Below, piece after piece: positions 8,663 to 18,673 of a stretch of 64,000 nucleotides of DNA. The stretch's first letter is position 1. Each line of letters starts with the position of its first letter. Under the pieces are notes generated by a model. The model saw nothing but the letters and a program-made list of their open reading frames with translations. It searched no databases and was not told the DNA's origin. This DNA comes from Fimbriimonadales bacterium. Its GTDB lineage: Bacteria > Armatimonadota > Fimbriimonadia > Fimbriimonadales > GBS-DC. The DNA lies in contig JANXAW010000023.1 in assembly GCA_025061985.1 (NCBI GenBank), forward strand, positions 13,168-77,167, given 5' to 3'. The position numbers were made by a program, and so were the translations under genes.

Positions 8663-10531
8663 ATGCCAACCCGACAGTTTCACCCTATCTCGCTGGCGCA
8701 TGTGGACATCACCGACTCGTTTTGGCTTAAGCGCCAACGCACGCTTCGCACCGCCACCTTGCCCCACCTCTTCAGCGAGTTGGAGCGTGCAGGCAACATC
8801 CCCAACCTGCGCTTAGCCGCCGAGCGCAAACGCGAGGGCTATCAAGGACCCGTGTACATGGACTCCGACCTCTACAAGGCGCTGGAAGCCGCTGCCTATG
8901 TGCTACACAAGCACCCCGAAGACCCCGTCCGCGCCAAAGTGGATGAGGTGATTGACATTCTGGAGCGTGCGCAGGAACCCGACGGCTATCTGAATAGCTA
9001 CTTCCAGGTGGTTGCGCCCGACAAGCGATGGACGAACCTGCGCGACTGGCACGAACTATACTGCGCAGGGCATCTTATTGAGGCGGCTGTTGCGCACTAT
9101 GAGGCAACGGGCAGCCCGCGCCTACTGAACATCGCCAAGCGCTTTGCTGACTATATCGACTCTGTGTTTGGCGATGCGCCTAACAAGCGCTTGGGCTATT
9201 GCGGGCATCCAGAGATTGAACTCGCGCTGTTTCGCCTTTACCACGCTACAGGCGACGTGCGGTACGCCAAACTAGCGAGCTTCTTCCTGCTGAACCGCGG
9301 CAAGAAAGTCTTCGCGCAGGAACACAACATCCCGCTGGAGCAGTATGACGGCACGATTTGGCAAGACAACCTGCCCCTGCTAGAGCAGCGCGAGATTGTG
9401 GGGCACGCAGTGCGGGCGTGCTACCTGTTTGCAGGCGCAACCGACTTGGCGATGGAGACCGATGATCCCGTGCTGCGCCAGCAGCTCATTACGATGCTCC
9501 AGCGCGTGTGGGCGAACGCCCTCAACCGACGCACTTACATCACAGGGGGCGTCGGCAACGAGCCAAAGCACGAGGGCTTCACCAAAGACTACGAGCTGCC
9601 CAACCGCACGGCGTATCAAGAGACCTGCGCTTCCGTCGCGCTGATTTTCTGGGCGCATCGGATGGGGCAGCTGTTTGGTGAGGCGCGCTATTACGATGCC
9701 CTTGAACGCGCGCTGTACAACGGGGCGTTGGCGGGCATCTCGCTGGATGGCATGCGCTTTTTCTATGTGAACCCGCTGGAAAGCGACGGCTCTCATCATC
9801 GTCAGCCGTGGTATGGGTGCGCCTGCTGCCCGCCCAACATCGCCCGCCTGATTGCCTCGTTGGGCAGCTACATCTACGCGCGCAGTAAAGATGCACTGTA
9901 TGTGAACCTTTACATCGGCAGTCGGCTGCGTCTGGAGTGGCAGAGCAAGCCCCTCGTCGTGGAGTTGCAAACGGGCTACCCGTGGCACGAATCCGTTGCG
10001 GTTCGGATTGCCGAAAGCGCGTCGCCGCGCTTCAAACTAATGTTGCGCTTGCCCGCGTGGTGCGAAGCGCCTGAGCTGCGCGTAAACGGCGCGCCTGTAG
10101 CAATCCAGCGCGAGCGCGGCTACGCTGTGGTGAAACGCAACTGGGCACCAGGCGACATCGTGGAGTTGCGCTTACCGATGCCCCCTGTGCTAATGGAAGC
10201 GCACCCGCGCGTAGAGGCTGACCGCTGGCAGGTCGCTATTCAGCGCGGCCCCATCGTGTACTGCTTGGAAGAGCACGATCAGCCCGCGCCCCTGACGCAC
10301 CTTGCCATTCGGCGCGACCACCCGCTCCACAGCCGATGGGAAGCAGAACTGCTGGGGGGCGTGGTGGTTGTGGAAGGGATGGCGGAGGTGCTGGAGAGCG
10401 ACGAGGCATGGGGCGATACCCTCTATCGCCCCTTGCGCGAGCGTGCGCTCAAACCGTTCCGCGCCATCCCCTATTATGCGTGGGATCATCGCCAACCCAC
10501 GCCGATGCGCGTATGGATGCCAGGTGTCTAA
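8663..10531 (+). CDS. glycoside hydrolase family 127 (DUF1680, beta-L-arabinofuranosidase-like)
   Basis: Contains HELYCAGHLIEAA, QETCASVA and the Cys cluster WYGCACCPPNIAR typical of GH127. Start is ATG 8663 (M38 of the track ORF), just downstream of GGAGGT. Confidence 0.8.
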   Translation: MPTRQFHPISLAHVDITDSFWLKRQRTLRTATLPHLFSELERAGNIPNLRLAAERKREGYQGPVYMDSDLYKALEAAAYVLHKHPEDPVRAKVDEVIDILERAQEPDGYLNSYFQVVAPDKRWTNLRDWHELYCAGHLIEAAVAHYEATGSPRLLNIAKRFADYIDSVFGDAPNKRLGYCGHPEIELALFRLYHATGDVRYAKLASFFLLNRGKKVFAQEHNIPLEQYDGTIWQDNLPLLEQREIVGHAVRACYLFAGATDLAMETDDPVLRQQLITMLQRVWANALNRRTYITGGVGNEPKHEGFTKDYELPNRTAYQETCASVALIFWAHRMGQLFGEARYYDALERALYNGALAGISLDGMRFFYVNPLESDGSHHRQPWYGCACCPPNIARLIASLGSYIYARSKDALYVNLYIGSRLRLEWQSKPLVVELQTGYPWHESVAVRIAESASPRFKLMLRLPAWCEAPELRVNGAPVAIQRERGYAVVKRNWAPGDIVELRLPMPPVLMEAHPRVEADRWQVAIQRGPIVYCLEEHDQPAPLTHLAIRRDHPLHSRWEAELLGGVVVVEGMAEVLESDEAWGDTLYRPLRERALKPFRAIPYYAWDHRQPTPMRVWMPGV

Positions 10532-10548
10532 GTGTTGCAGCGATTGGG

Positions 10549-10554
10549 TATAAT
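10549..10554 (+). promoter_or_regulatory. -10 box TATAAT, 9 nt upstream of the mature 5' end of tRNA-Leu
   Basis: A perfect TATAAT in the 32-nt spacer between the GH127 stop and the tRNA. Confidence 0.5.
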
Positions 10555-10563
10555 ACAGGCGGG

Positions 10564-10652
10564 GCCGGAGTGGCGGAACTGGTAGACGCGCCGGTCTCAA
10601 AAATCGGTCTGGGGCGACCCAGGTGTGGGTTCGAGTCCCACCTCCGGCACCA
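10564..10652 (+). tRNA. tRNA-Leu (anticodon CAA), CCA encoded
   Basis: Acceptor stem GCCGGAG/CTCCGGC. Anticodon arm CCGGT-CTCAAAA-ATCGG gives anticodon CAA. A long variable arm (class II) and T-arm GGTTCGAGTCCCAC are present, followed by discriminator A and CCA. Confidence 0.9.
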
Positions 10653-10704
10653 AACGCGCTTTTGAACCTCGCTGCGGGCGCAGTGCGTGAGAGAGGGAGA
10701 CCTT

Positions 10705-11505
10705 ATGCAACGTCGAGCCGCTGTCTCAATGATCCCAGAGCAGTGGGTGCAGTGCATCAAGTGCAAAAAAATCTTGTTTCGCCCCGACTTTGAGCGAGCG
10801 TTGCGTGTTTGTACTCACTGTGGGTATCATCACCGCCTAAGCGCACGCGAGCGGATCTTGTACACCGTAGACCCCGATTCGTTCCGTGAAACGGATGCCG
10901 AGTTGCGCTCGGCTGACCCGCTTGGCTTCCCCGAATACGCCGAGAAACTGCGCAAAGGCGTAGCCACCTCAGGCGAGCAAGAGGCGATTATCACAGGCAC
11001 TGCTACGCTCAACGGCTACGAGATTGTGATTGGCGTGATGGATTTCGGCTTTATGGGCGGCAGCATGGGGTCGGTTGTAGGCGAGAAGGTGACGCGCGCG
11101 TTTGAGCGGGCTGCCGAGCGCAAGCTACCCGTGATTATGTTCTGCGCCTCAGGAGGCGCGCGGATGCAAGAGGGGCTAATCTCGCTGATGCAGATGGCGA
11201 AGACCACCGCTGCAGTAGGCAAGCTCCATCGCACCCGCATGCCCTATATCGCCGTGTTCACCGATCCCACAATGGCGGGCGTGCTGGCAAGCTTTGCTTC
11301 GCTGGCGGATGTAATCCTCGCCGAGCCGGGCGCGTTAGTGGGTTTTGCAGGGCAGCGCGTCGCCGCCCAAGCTGGCGTCAGCAAAGCTCCCGCCAACTTC
11401 CAAACCGCCGAGTTTCAGTACGAACACGGCATGATTGACCTCATCGTGCCCCGTCGCCAAATCCGCCCCACATTAGCGTATCTGCTGGAGATGCTGCTGC
11501 CATAA
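10705..11505 (+). CDS. accD: acetyl-CoA carboxylase carboxyltransferase subunit beta
   Basis: Has the N-terminal Zn ribbon CIKCKKILF...CTHCGYHHR and FGFMGGSMGSVVGEK. ATG 10705 follows GGGAG; GTG 10687 is an alternative start. Confidence 0.9.
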   Translation: MQRRAAVSMIPEQWVQCIKCKKILFRPDFERALRVCTHCGYHHRLSARERILYTVDPDSFRETDAELRSADPLGFPEYAEKLRKGVATSGEQEAIITGTATLNGYEIVIGVMDFGFMGGSMGSVVGEKVTRAFERAAERKLPVIMFCASGGARMQEGLISLMQMAKTTAAVGKLHRTRMPYIAVFTDPTMAGVLASFASLADVILAEPGALVGFAGQRVAAQAGVSKAPANFQTAEFQYEHGMIDLIVPRRQIRPTLAYLLEMLLP

Positions 11506-11525
11506 GCGCGGGAGGGCATACAGCG

Positions 11526-12485
11526 ATGATGACCATCTTTGAGATCGAGAAGCCCATCAACGAGCTGGAAAGTGCAATCGCCGAGCTGCGCCAGCTGGCA
11601 CTGGAGAAGGGCTTAGACCGCTCACGCGAAATCGCCGAGCTGGAAGCGCAGCGCGAACGCTTGCTTAGGCAGATTTTCGAGCACCTTAGCGCGTGGGATA
11701 AGGTGCTATTGGCACGCCACCCCAAGCGCCCCTACGCCTTAGACTACATCCGCCTGATGTGCGAGAGCTTTATGGAGCTGCACGGCGATCGGCTCGGCTT
11801 TGATGACCCTGCGATTGTAGCAGGGCTAGGCAAAATGGGGGGCTACAAGCTGGTCATTGTGGGGCAACAGAAGGGGCGCGATCTCAAAGAGCGCCAGCAG
11901 CGCAACTTCGGCATGGCAAAGCCCGAAGGCTACCGCAAAGCGATGCGGATGTTCCGCCTCGCCGAAAAGTTTCGCTTGCCCGTGCTTACCTTAGTAGACA
12001 CGCCCGCCGCTGACCCCGGCGTGGAGTCAGAGTCGCGCGGGATTAGCGAGTCGATTGCGCAGTCTATGCTGACGCTGTTTGAACTTACCGTGCCCACGAT
12101 TGCCGTAATCATAGGCGAGGGGGGCAGTGGTGGAGCAATCGCATTGGCTGCCACCAACCGCGTGTTGATGCTGGAGTACGCCATCTACTCGGTCATTCCG
12201 CCCGAAGGCTGTGCAGCCATCCTGTACCGAGACCCCAACAAGGCGCCGCAAGCCGCTGAGGCGCTCAAGCTCACTGCCGACCGCGCGCTGGAGCTGGGGC
12301 TAATCGACGGCATCATCCCAGAGCCGCTGGGCGCGGCCCATCGCGATCCGCAAACCACTGCGCTCAGCATCCGCGCCGCCGTGCTGCAGCAACTGGAAAC
12401 GCTGAGCCAACTCTCTCCAGAGGAGCTGCGCGAGCAACGCTATCAGCGGTTCCGCAACATCGGCGTCTTCCAAACGGCGCAGTAG
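11526..12485 (+). CDS. accA: acetyl-CoA carboxylase carboxyltransferase subunit alpha
   Basis: Contains RHPKRPY, LVDTPAADPG and IGEGGSGGAIALA. It lies immediately downstream of accD. Confidence 0.9.
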   Translation: MMTIFEIEKPINELESAIAELRQLALEKGLDRSREIAELEAQRERLLRQIFEHLSAWDKVLLARHPKRPYALDYIRLMCESFMELHGDRLGFDDPAIVAGLGKMGGYKLVIVGQQKGRDLKERQQRNFGMAKPEGYRKAMRMFRLAEKFRLPVLTLVDTPAADPGVESESRGISESIAQSMLTLFELTVPTIAVIIGEGGSGGAIALAATNRVLMLEYAIYSVIPPEGCAAILYRDPNKAPQAAEALKLTADRALELGLIDGIIPEPLGAAHRDPQTTALSIRAAVLQQLETLSQLSPEELREQRYQRFRNIGVFQTAQ

Positions 12486-12494
12486 CCCACCCTT

Positions 12495-13295
12495 ATGACC
12501 GTAGCAATTATCGGGCTGGGCAGTATTGGCGCGTCAGTGGGGCTGGCATATCAGCACTCGGTGCTCACCGACGCCGTGATTGGCTACGACATAGACCCCG
12601 AAGCCCTACGCGGCGCGTTGGAGCAAGGCGCGATTGACCAACCTGCCGACTCGGTAGCTGCCTGCGCCGATGCCGAGCTGATTGTAATCGCTACACCCCC
12701 GAAGGCTGTGCCCGAAGTGTTCCAGCATTTAGCCCCTCACCTGCGCCCAGAGAGCGTGCTAACCGATGTGGTCAGCCTCAAGCAGCCCGTGCTGGCGTGG
12801 GCGAGTGCGTACTTGCCGTATCCAAACCGTTTCGTAGGCGGGCATCCCATCGCAGGCACAGAACAAAGTGGCTACTTAGCCGCGCGGGCAGACTTGTTTC
12901 AGGGCGCGCAGTGGGCACTTACCCCCACCCCCAAGACCGACGCAGACGCCTTAGAGTGCGTGGAGCAGTTCGTGCGAGCATTGCGGGCAATCCCCATCCG
13001 AATCAACGCAGCGCAGCACGACCGCGAGTTTGCGTTGCTTAGCTTTCTACCGCACTGCGTCGCCTTTAGCCTTGTCGCACTGCATAGGGCGCACCCTACG
13101 CAGCTGCGGGGCGGGGGCAGTTGGCACTCTGCTACGCGCGTGGCTCAAAGCGACCCCGAGCTATGGGCGCAGCTGCTGAGCTTGGGGCGCGAGCCAACTG
13201 CGGAGTGGCTTACCAAGCTGATTGCCCATCTGGAGCGGTTTCGCAACGCCCTCCAACAGGGCGAGCCAGAAGTGCTCCGTGCCTTGCTACGGTAG
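12495..13295 (+). CDS. tyrA: prephenate/arogenate dehydrogenase
   Basis: Has the N-terminal Rossmann motif VAIIGLGSIGASVG and the GGHPIAGTEQSG catalytic His block. Confidence 0.8.
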   Translation: MTVAIIGLGSIGASVGLAYQHSVLTDAVIGYDIDPEALRGALEQGAIDQPADSVAACADAELIVIATPPKAVPEVFQHLAPHLRPESVLTDVVSLKQPVLAWASAYLPYPNRFVGGHPIAGTEQSGYLAARADLFQGAQWALTPTPKTDADALECVEQFVRALRAIPIRINAAQHDREFALLSFLPHCVAFSLVALHRAHPTQLRGGGSWHSATRVAQSDPELWAQLLSLGREPTAEWLTKLIAHLERFRNALQQGEPEVLRALLR

Positions 13296-14873
13296 CGACG
13301 AGGTATCATAGCGCGGCGCAGCGAGATAGAACCGCTTGCCCAACGCCGTTGCCTCACCCACTACAAACACTTCCTCGCGTTGCACAAACGCCGTGTCGGT
13401 CGTAAGGCAGTACGCCCCTGTGCGTTGCATCTGCTTTAGGGCGACTGTAGCATCGTCTGTCTGTGCGAACTTGCCTTTGCGATAGAACTGCAAGCTCGGA
13501 TAGCCGGGGCGCACGCGATAGAGAATAAGCGTTCGGTAGGGCGGCGCCTTGAGCGCAAGCTCGCGTACGGGCTGCAGAGCGAGGCGGTCATAGCCTGTTA
13601 GCGCACCGTTCCAACCTATCAGCAAGGCAAGCACGCCTGCCCAGCGCAGGTGAGGCGATACCTTCGGAATCGCTAAGGCAAACGCGCATAGCGGCGCACC
13701 CACTGCCAGCGCAATAGCCCACGGCGCGTGCTGCCACAGCGGGGTGAATATGGCTACCGATGCCCACACTGCCGCACCCACCCCCACCAGCACCATCATA
13801 CCTCGCCCCATCCGATAAGGCAGGGCAGTGCCACTTGCCTCTGCACGCGTCGCCATTGTGCATTGCGCCACCAGCAACGCCAGCGCAGGCATCATCGGAA
13901 AAATGTACGCGGGCAACTTGGTGAAACTCAGCGTAAACAGCCCAAACACCAGCCACAGCCATCGCTGTAGGTATTGCCCCACTGGTTCGCTAGCCCGCTG
14001 CCAAAGCACGCTTACTGCGCTCATCATCGGCAACCCGCCAAGCCATAGCACCACCACATAAAACAGCAGATACACTGCAATACCCGTGAGAACACGCCCA
14101 ACCTCGCCACTCTGGAGCAGTGGCAACACCGAATGCGCCATATCGCCCCCTGCGAAGCGCAGCAAGTTCTGACGCACCACGAACTCGTTGAAAAACGCCG
14201 CCCCATGCTGCTGATAGACCCCCACATACCACGGCAAGGCAGTCAGCACCGTTGCTATCAGCGCAAGCACTACCCAGCGAAAGCGCAACCCCAGCGTGTG
14301 GAGCATCCGCGCGTTCCACAAGTAAAGCAGTGCAATTAGCCCCAACCCCAAGGGTCCCTTCGTCAGCACTGCAAGCCCCAGTGCAACCCCACCAAGCAGG
14401 CTCCAGATCGCCGCCTGCCACATGCGCGGGGCATTCGCCACCTCCCACAGCGCAATCAGGCTTACCAGCAAGAAGAAGGTGAGCGCCATATCGGTAATCG
14501 CCAACCGCGCAAGGAGGAGGCTCAAAGGAGCGACCCCAAACAGCACAGCTGCCCATTCCCCCACGCCTTTGCCCAGTCGCCGATTGCCCCACCACAAAAG
14601 CAAAAGCATTGTGAGCGCGTAAAGCACTGCCGAGGGCAGACGCAACGCGAACTCATGTTCCCCAAAGGCGCGCATGCTCAGCTTCATCAGCCAATACAGG
14701 AGGGGGGGCTTCTCAAACCACGGCTGTCCCATAAAAGTGGGCGTGTGCCAGTTGCCCGACTGACGCATCTCCCACGCTACGGAAGCGTAGAAGCCCTCAT
14801 CCAAGTCGGTCAAGCCGAAGGTGCGCAGGTCGATCAGCGCAAACAGCACCAGCACCCACAGCAAGCCTCGCAT
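13287..14873 (-). CDS. glycosyltransferase family 39 (ArnT/PMT-like, polyprenyl-phosphate sugar dependent)
   Basis: 528-aa polytopic membrane protein. The first loop carries DEGFYASVAWEM...WFEKPPLLYWL, typical of ArnT-like GT-C enzymes. Confidence 0.8.
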   Translation of the reverse strand: MRGLLWVLVLFALIDLRTFGLTDLDEGFYASVAWEMRQSGNWHTPTFMGQPWFEKPPLLYWLMKLSMRAFGEHEFALRLPSAVLYALTMLLLLWWGNRRLGKGVGEWAAVLFGVAPLSLLLARLAITDMALTFFLLVSLIALWEVANAPRMWQAAIWSLLGGVALGLAVLTKGPLGLGLIALLYLWNARMLHTLGLRFRWVVLALIATVLTALPWYVGVYQQHGAAFFNEFVVRQNLLRFAGGDMAHSVLPLLQSGEVGRVLTGIAVYLLFYVVVLWLGGLPMMSAVSVLWQRASEPVGQYLQRWLWLVFGLFTLSFTKLPAYIFPMMPALALLVAQCTMATRAEASGTALPYRMGRGMMVLVGVGAAVWASVAIFTPLWQHAPWAIALAVGAPLCAFALAIPKVSPHLRWAGVLALLIGWNGALTGYDRLALQPVRELALKAPPYRTLILYRVRPGYPSLQFYRKGKFAQTDDATVALKQMQRTGAYCLTTDTAFVQREEVFVVGEATALGKRFYLAAPRYDTSSLP

Positions 14874-14887
14874 GCGCCACTCGCCTT

Positions 14888-15637
14888 TTAGCCTATGGGG
14901 CGGAGTGCAAGCGTTTTCTCGCGCAGACGCTTGTACGCCAGCCCTGCCAAGGGCTTGAGGTTCACAACATCCTCACGGTTGTAGCGGAGCAGCGTTTCTA
15001 GTGCCGCGTTGTGCCCTAGCCGGTACGCTCGCCACAGCAGCACCGCCTCGCGCCCGCTAAGACCCTCCAAGTCAGGGTCGCGTATCAGCCCCAGCTGCTG
15101 CTCAATCCGCTTTAGCCCGCCGCGCAGCCCCAGCCGACGCAGCGTCGGGCACAAATCCAAGTGGAACTGATCCAGCACCAGCTCAGGGAAGGTGCGCTGA
15201 ATCAGCGGGATATCAAAGCTCAGCCCGTTGAAAGTCACCAGCATCGCGAACTCTTGAATAAACTCTGGAAACTCTTCTAAGTTGTCGCCGCGCACAAAGT
15301 GATACACTTCCACGCCATCGTACACGCCGATTACGGTGATGCGTTGGTCTTCATCGGTCTCAACGTCTAAGTAAGCGGTTTCGTGGCGGAACTCTTCGTA
15401 GGCGCGCCAATGCTCGCGCAAGGGGAGCCTACGCGCAAAGTAGGCATAGTCGCCTTCCTCGAAAGCTTCAATGGAGGTCTTGGCTCCTTGCAGCACGGCG
15501 CTAAGGTATAGCTCGCCGATGCGCCATTTCTTGGGGGTTTGGAGCAGGGTGTACCAATCCGTCGCGCCCTGGAGCCACAGTTCGCGCTCAATAGGTTCTG
15601 TAATCTCAGGGATGTGGATGTAGGTGCGCGTTAGCAC
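14888..15637 (-). CDS. RNase H-like 3'-5' exonuclease domain protein (YprB/PolB-exo-like)
   Basis: Exo motifs are YLDVETD, TFNGLSFDIP and YNREDV. The GTG start lies 9 nt after a TAGAAT box and there is no SD. Confidence 0.6.
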   Translation of the reverse strand: MLTRTYIHIPEITEPIERELWLQGATDWYTLLQTPKKWRIGELYLSAVLQGAKTSIEAFEEGDYAYFARRLPLREHWRAYEEFRHETAYLDVETDEDQRITVIGVYDGVEVYHFVRGDNLEEFPEFIQEFAMLVTFNGLSFDIPLIQRTFPELVLDQFHLDLCPTLRRLGLRGGLKRIEQQLGLIRDPDLEGLSGREAVLLWRAYRLGHNAALETLLRYNREDVVNLKPLAGLAYKRLREKTLALRPIG

Positions 15638-15646
15638 AGTGGCGCA

Positions 15647-15652
15647 ATTCTA
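15647..15652 (-). promoter_or_regulatory. -10-like box TAGAAT, 9 nt upstream of the exonuclease-like gene GTG
   Basis: Lies in the 26-nt spacer after the rhomboid stop, with no SD. Confidence 0.4.
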
Positions 15653-15663
15653 CCTCAGGATGG

Positions 15664-16812
15664 CTAAGGAGCCTTGGGGCAACGCGTGCTATGGAGCTGC
15701 GCGATCATCGCCTGAGGCGAGTCGGGATACTCGGTGAGGATTTGCTGGAACACGGCGCAGGCGGCATCGGGCTGTCCGTGTTGGCGCAGCAAGCGTGCGT
15801 GGAGCAGGAGCCATTCGGGGCGTTCCGGCAGTTCGGGATGGCGTGTGAGCGTCTCCAGCCAGCGCAAGGCACGCTTACTATCGTGATGGCGCTCGGCGTG
15901 CTGGAACAGGGCGCGCAGCATCGAAGCGGGAAGCGCGTGGAGCTGTCCGAGTTGCGCCAGCTGGTCGGCTGCTTGCGCTGCAAGGGCATAGGTGCGTTGG
16001 TGGAGGGCATTTTGGAGGGCATGCAAGAAGGCAGTTCGCGCTTCGTCTGTGTCGCCCAACATCGTCCACGCAACGCCCTTAAGGTAGAGCCAGTATGGGT
16101 CGGGGCGTGGGGTGTTCGACAGCGGTTCTAAGTAGCGTAGGGCATCGCCTGCAGCGCCTTGCTGGAGCGCTTGCTCGGCTTGGTGAAGGGTGTATTCGCG
16201 TTCGCCTGCTGCGCCCGCGCCCCACATCAGTGCAAGCGTTAGCCCCGTGGCAAAGCCGCCCAAGTGCGCCCAATAGCCTACTTCTGAAGGAGTGGGCTGC
16301 CCCGCATCCAAAATCGCGCCAACGCCTTGCAAGATCACCCACAACACCACCCCGACCCACATCGGGATCCCAACCCCCCAGCGGCTGGGCGAAGCCCACA
16401 GCAGACGCACCCGATGGCGGTAAAAGCGCAGCGCAAAGTAGCCCACCAGCCCCGAAATCGCACCCGATGCCCCCACCAACCCTTCGTGATACAAAGCAGG
16501 TTGAATCGTCAAGCTCATCGCCCAGTGGAGCCCTATCGCCCCCAAGCCACTTAGCACATAAAGCACCAGCCAGCGATACCACCCCAACACCCGCTCCACA
16601 TACCAGCCAAACAACACCAAAAAAAGTGCGTTCTTGAGCCAGTGGAGCCACCCCATGTGCACCCCCATGCTGGTGAAGGCACTCACCAGCGAGGGATGTG
16701 CCGGCACAAACCCCCACGACTCTACTGACTCCGCGCGGTTTGATACCCAGAGCAAGACAGCGGTGTTGACCCCCACCATAGCGAGGGTCGCAATGGGGAA
16801 GGCGACGCGCAT
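15664..16812 (-). CDS. rhomboid family intramembrane serine protease with C-terminal TPR-like region
   Basis: Catalytic GASGAISGL and AHLGGF motifs sit in a multi-TM core. The C-terminal roughly 170 aa are helical repeats. Confidence 0.8.
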   Translation of the reverse strand: MRVAFPIATLAMVGVNTAVLLWVSNRAESVESWGFVPAHPSLVSAFTSMGVHMGWLHWLKNALFLVLFGWYVERVLGWYRWLVLYVLSGLGAIGLHWAMSLTIQPALYHEGLVGASGAISGLVGYFALRFYRHRVRLLWASPSRWGVGIPMWVGVVLWVILQGVGAILDAGQPTPSEVGYWAHLGGFATGLTLALMWGAGAAGEREYTLHQAEQALQQGAAGDALRYLEPLSNTPRPDPYWLYLKGVAWTMLGDTDEARTAFLHALQNALHQRTYALAAQAADQLAQLGQLHALPASMLRALFQHAERHHDSKRALRWLETLTRHPELPERPEWLLLHARLLRQHGQPDAACAVFQQILTEYPDSPQAMIAQLHSTRCPKAP

Positions 16813-16830
16813 TGCTTGCCTAACCCGCTC

Positions 16831-17577
16831 TTACGAGACGCCCGCCAATACTTCGTCGGGAATGTCGAAGTTGGCGTAGGTGTTTTGCACGTCGTCGTGT
16901 TCTTCGAGGGCTTCCAGCAGGCGCATCAGTTTTTGGGCGGTTTCACCTTCCACGCGCACAGTGTTGAGGGGCACCATCTCCAGACGCGCTTCCGCAATCG
17001 GCAAGCCACGCCCTTGCAAGGCTTCACGCACTCGGTGGAAATCCCCCACAGCCGTGATGACGCGGAAGAACTCCTCGTCGCGCGTGACATCCTCCGCGCC
17101 TGCCTCTAAGGCAACTTCTAACAGCTCATCCTCGCTAATCGCTTCAGCGGGAATGGTGATTACGCCTTGGCGCTTGAACTGCCATGCTACACTGCCCGAT
17201 TCGCTGAGGTTCCCCCCGTGCTTGGAGAACAGGTGGCGCAGCTCGGCGACTGTGCGGTTGCGGTTGTCGGTTAGGCACTCCACCATAATCGCCACGCCGC
17301 CTGGACCGTAGCCTTCGTAGACGACCTCCTCGTAGTGGGTGCCCTCGAGCTCGCCCGTGCCACGCTGAATGGCGCGCTTGATGTTCTCCATCGGCATGGA
17401 GTGTTCCCGCGCCCGCTCAATAGCAAGACGCAGACGTGGGTTCGCATCTGGATTGCCGCCCCCCAATCGCGCAGCGACGATAATTTCGCGCGTTAGCTTG
17501 GTGAACAGCTTGCTGCGCAGCGCGTCTTGCTTGCTCTTGCGAATGCGGATGTTGTGCCATTTAGAATGTCCCGCCAT
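16831..17577 (-). CDS. yebC: YebC/PmpR family DNA-binding transcriptional regulator
   Basis: Begins MAGHSKWHNIR, the canonical family N-terminus. This is M12 of the track ORF, preceded by GGAGGGAG. Confidence 0.9.
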   Translation of the reverse strand: MAGHSKWHNIRIRKSKQDALRSKLFTKLTREIIVAARLGGGNPDANPRLRLAIERAREHSMPMENIKRAIQRGTGELEGTHYEEVVYEGYGPGGVAIMVECLTDNRNRTVAELRHLFSKHGGNLSESGSVAWQFKRQGVITIPAEAISEDELLEVALEAGAEDVTRDEEFFRVITAVGDFHRVREALQGRGLPIAEARLEMVPLNTVRVEGETAQKLMRLLEALEEHDDVQNTYANFDIPDEVLAGVS

Positions 17578-17611
17578 AGGTGCTCCCTCCACTGAGTTAA
17601 GATACCCCAAC

Positions 17612-18673
17612 TTAGGGGGTTTCCACTAAGCTGCTATCGCCCAGCATCAGGCGCATCGTGCGAGGGCGTCTCGCCCCGCCACGCACGACCACATTTTTGC
17701 CCAGCAGGCTGCCTTCAATTCGCGTTTCCACATGTTCTACGCAGCTGCCGTCCAGAATGATGCTGTATTCCACTTCGCAGCTCACTAAGCGCACGCCATC
17801 GCCAATAGAGGTGAATGAGCCGATATAGCAGTCCTCTAAGTAGCAGTTGGCGCCGATGATCGCGGGTCCGCGCACGATGCAACGCTTGAGCACGCTGCCT
17901 GCGCCGATTGCCACACGCCCGTGCAGTTGGGTCTCTTCCAGCGTGCCGTAGTTGTAGGGTTGCAAGTCCTCCAACACAAGGCGGTTCGCATCCAGCAGGG
18001 CATCAAGGCTGCCCGTATCCTTCCACCAGCCAGAGATTTTCTTCCACTCCACGGTGTAGCCGTGGTCGATGAGGTATTGGATGGCGTCGGTGATCTCCAG
18101 TTCGCCGCGCCATGAGGGTTTGATGGCGCGCGCCGCCTCAAAAATGTGCTTGTCAAACAGGTACACGCCCACCAGCGCGAGGTTGCTAGGCGGTTGCTTA
18201 GGCTTTTCAACAAGGCGCACGACGCGAGCGCCCTCTAACTCTGCCACGCCGAACTCCTGAGGATTGGGCACTTCCGCCAGCAAAATCAAAGCGTTGGGTT
18301 TGCGCTGCTCAAACGCCTCGATAAGGGGCTTGACGCTGGAGGTGACGATGTTGTCGCCTAAGTACATCAGGAACGGCTCCTCTTTGAGGTAGGGTTCGGC
18401 GGTGAGCACAGCGTGTGCCAGTCCCAACGGTTCGGGTTGGGGGATGTAGGTGACGTGCACGCCCCAGCGGCTGCCATCGCCTACCGCACGCTGAATCTCG
18501 GGCGCCGTGTCGCCCACAATCATCCCCACCTCGCGGATTCCTGCTTCGGCAACCGCCTCCAGCACGTAAAACAGCACGGGTTTATTGGCGACGGGTACTA
18601 GCTGCTTCGCCATGCTGAAGGTGATTGGGCGCAGGCGCGTGCCCTTACCTCCTGCCAAAATCAACGCCTTCAT
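17612..18673 (-). CDS. glucose-1-phosphate thymidylyltransferase-like sugar nucleotidyltransferase (long form with left-handed beta-helix C-terminus)
   Basis: N-terminus is MKALILAGGKGTRLRPITFSMAKQLVPV. At 353 aa it has a hexapeptide-repeat-like tail. Its start overlaps the upstream gene stop by 4 nt. Confidence 0.8.
   Translation of the reverse strand: MKALILAGGKGTRLRPITFSMAKQLVPVANKPVLFYVLEAVAEAGIREVGMIVGDTAPEIQRAVGDGSRWGVHVTYIPQPEPLGLAHAVLTAEPYLKEEPFLMYLGDNIVTSSVKPLIEAFEQRKPNALILLAEVPNPQEFGVAELEGARVVRLVEKPKQPPSNLALVGVYLFDKHIFEAARAIKPSWRGELEITDAIQYLIDHGYTVEWKKISGWWKDTGSLDALLDANRLVLEDLQPYNYGTLEETQLHGRVAIGAGSVLKRCIVRGPAIIGANCYLEDCYIGSFTSIGDGVRLVSCEVEYSIILDGSCVEHVETRIEGSLLGKNVVVRGGARRPRTMRLMLGDSSLVETP

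Noticed and set aside
10336-10766. ORFs 10336..10665 (+) and 10449..10766 (-) across the tRNA region
   Set aside because: They run through the tRNA-Leu gene and the end of GH127. The tRNA cloverleaf explains the sequence.
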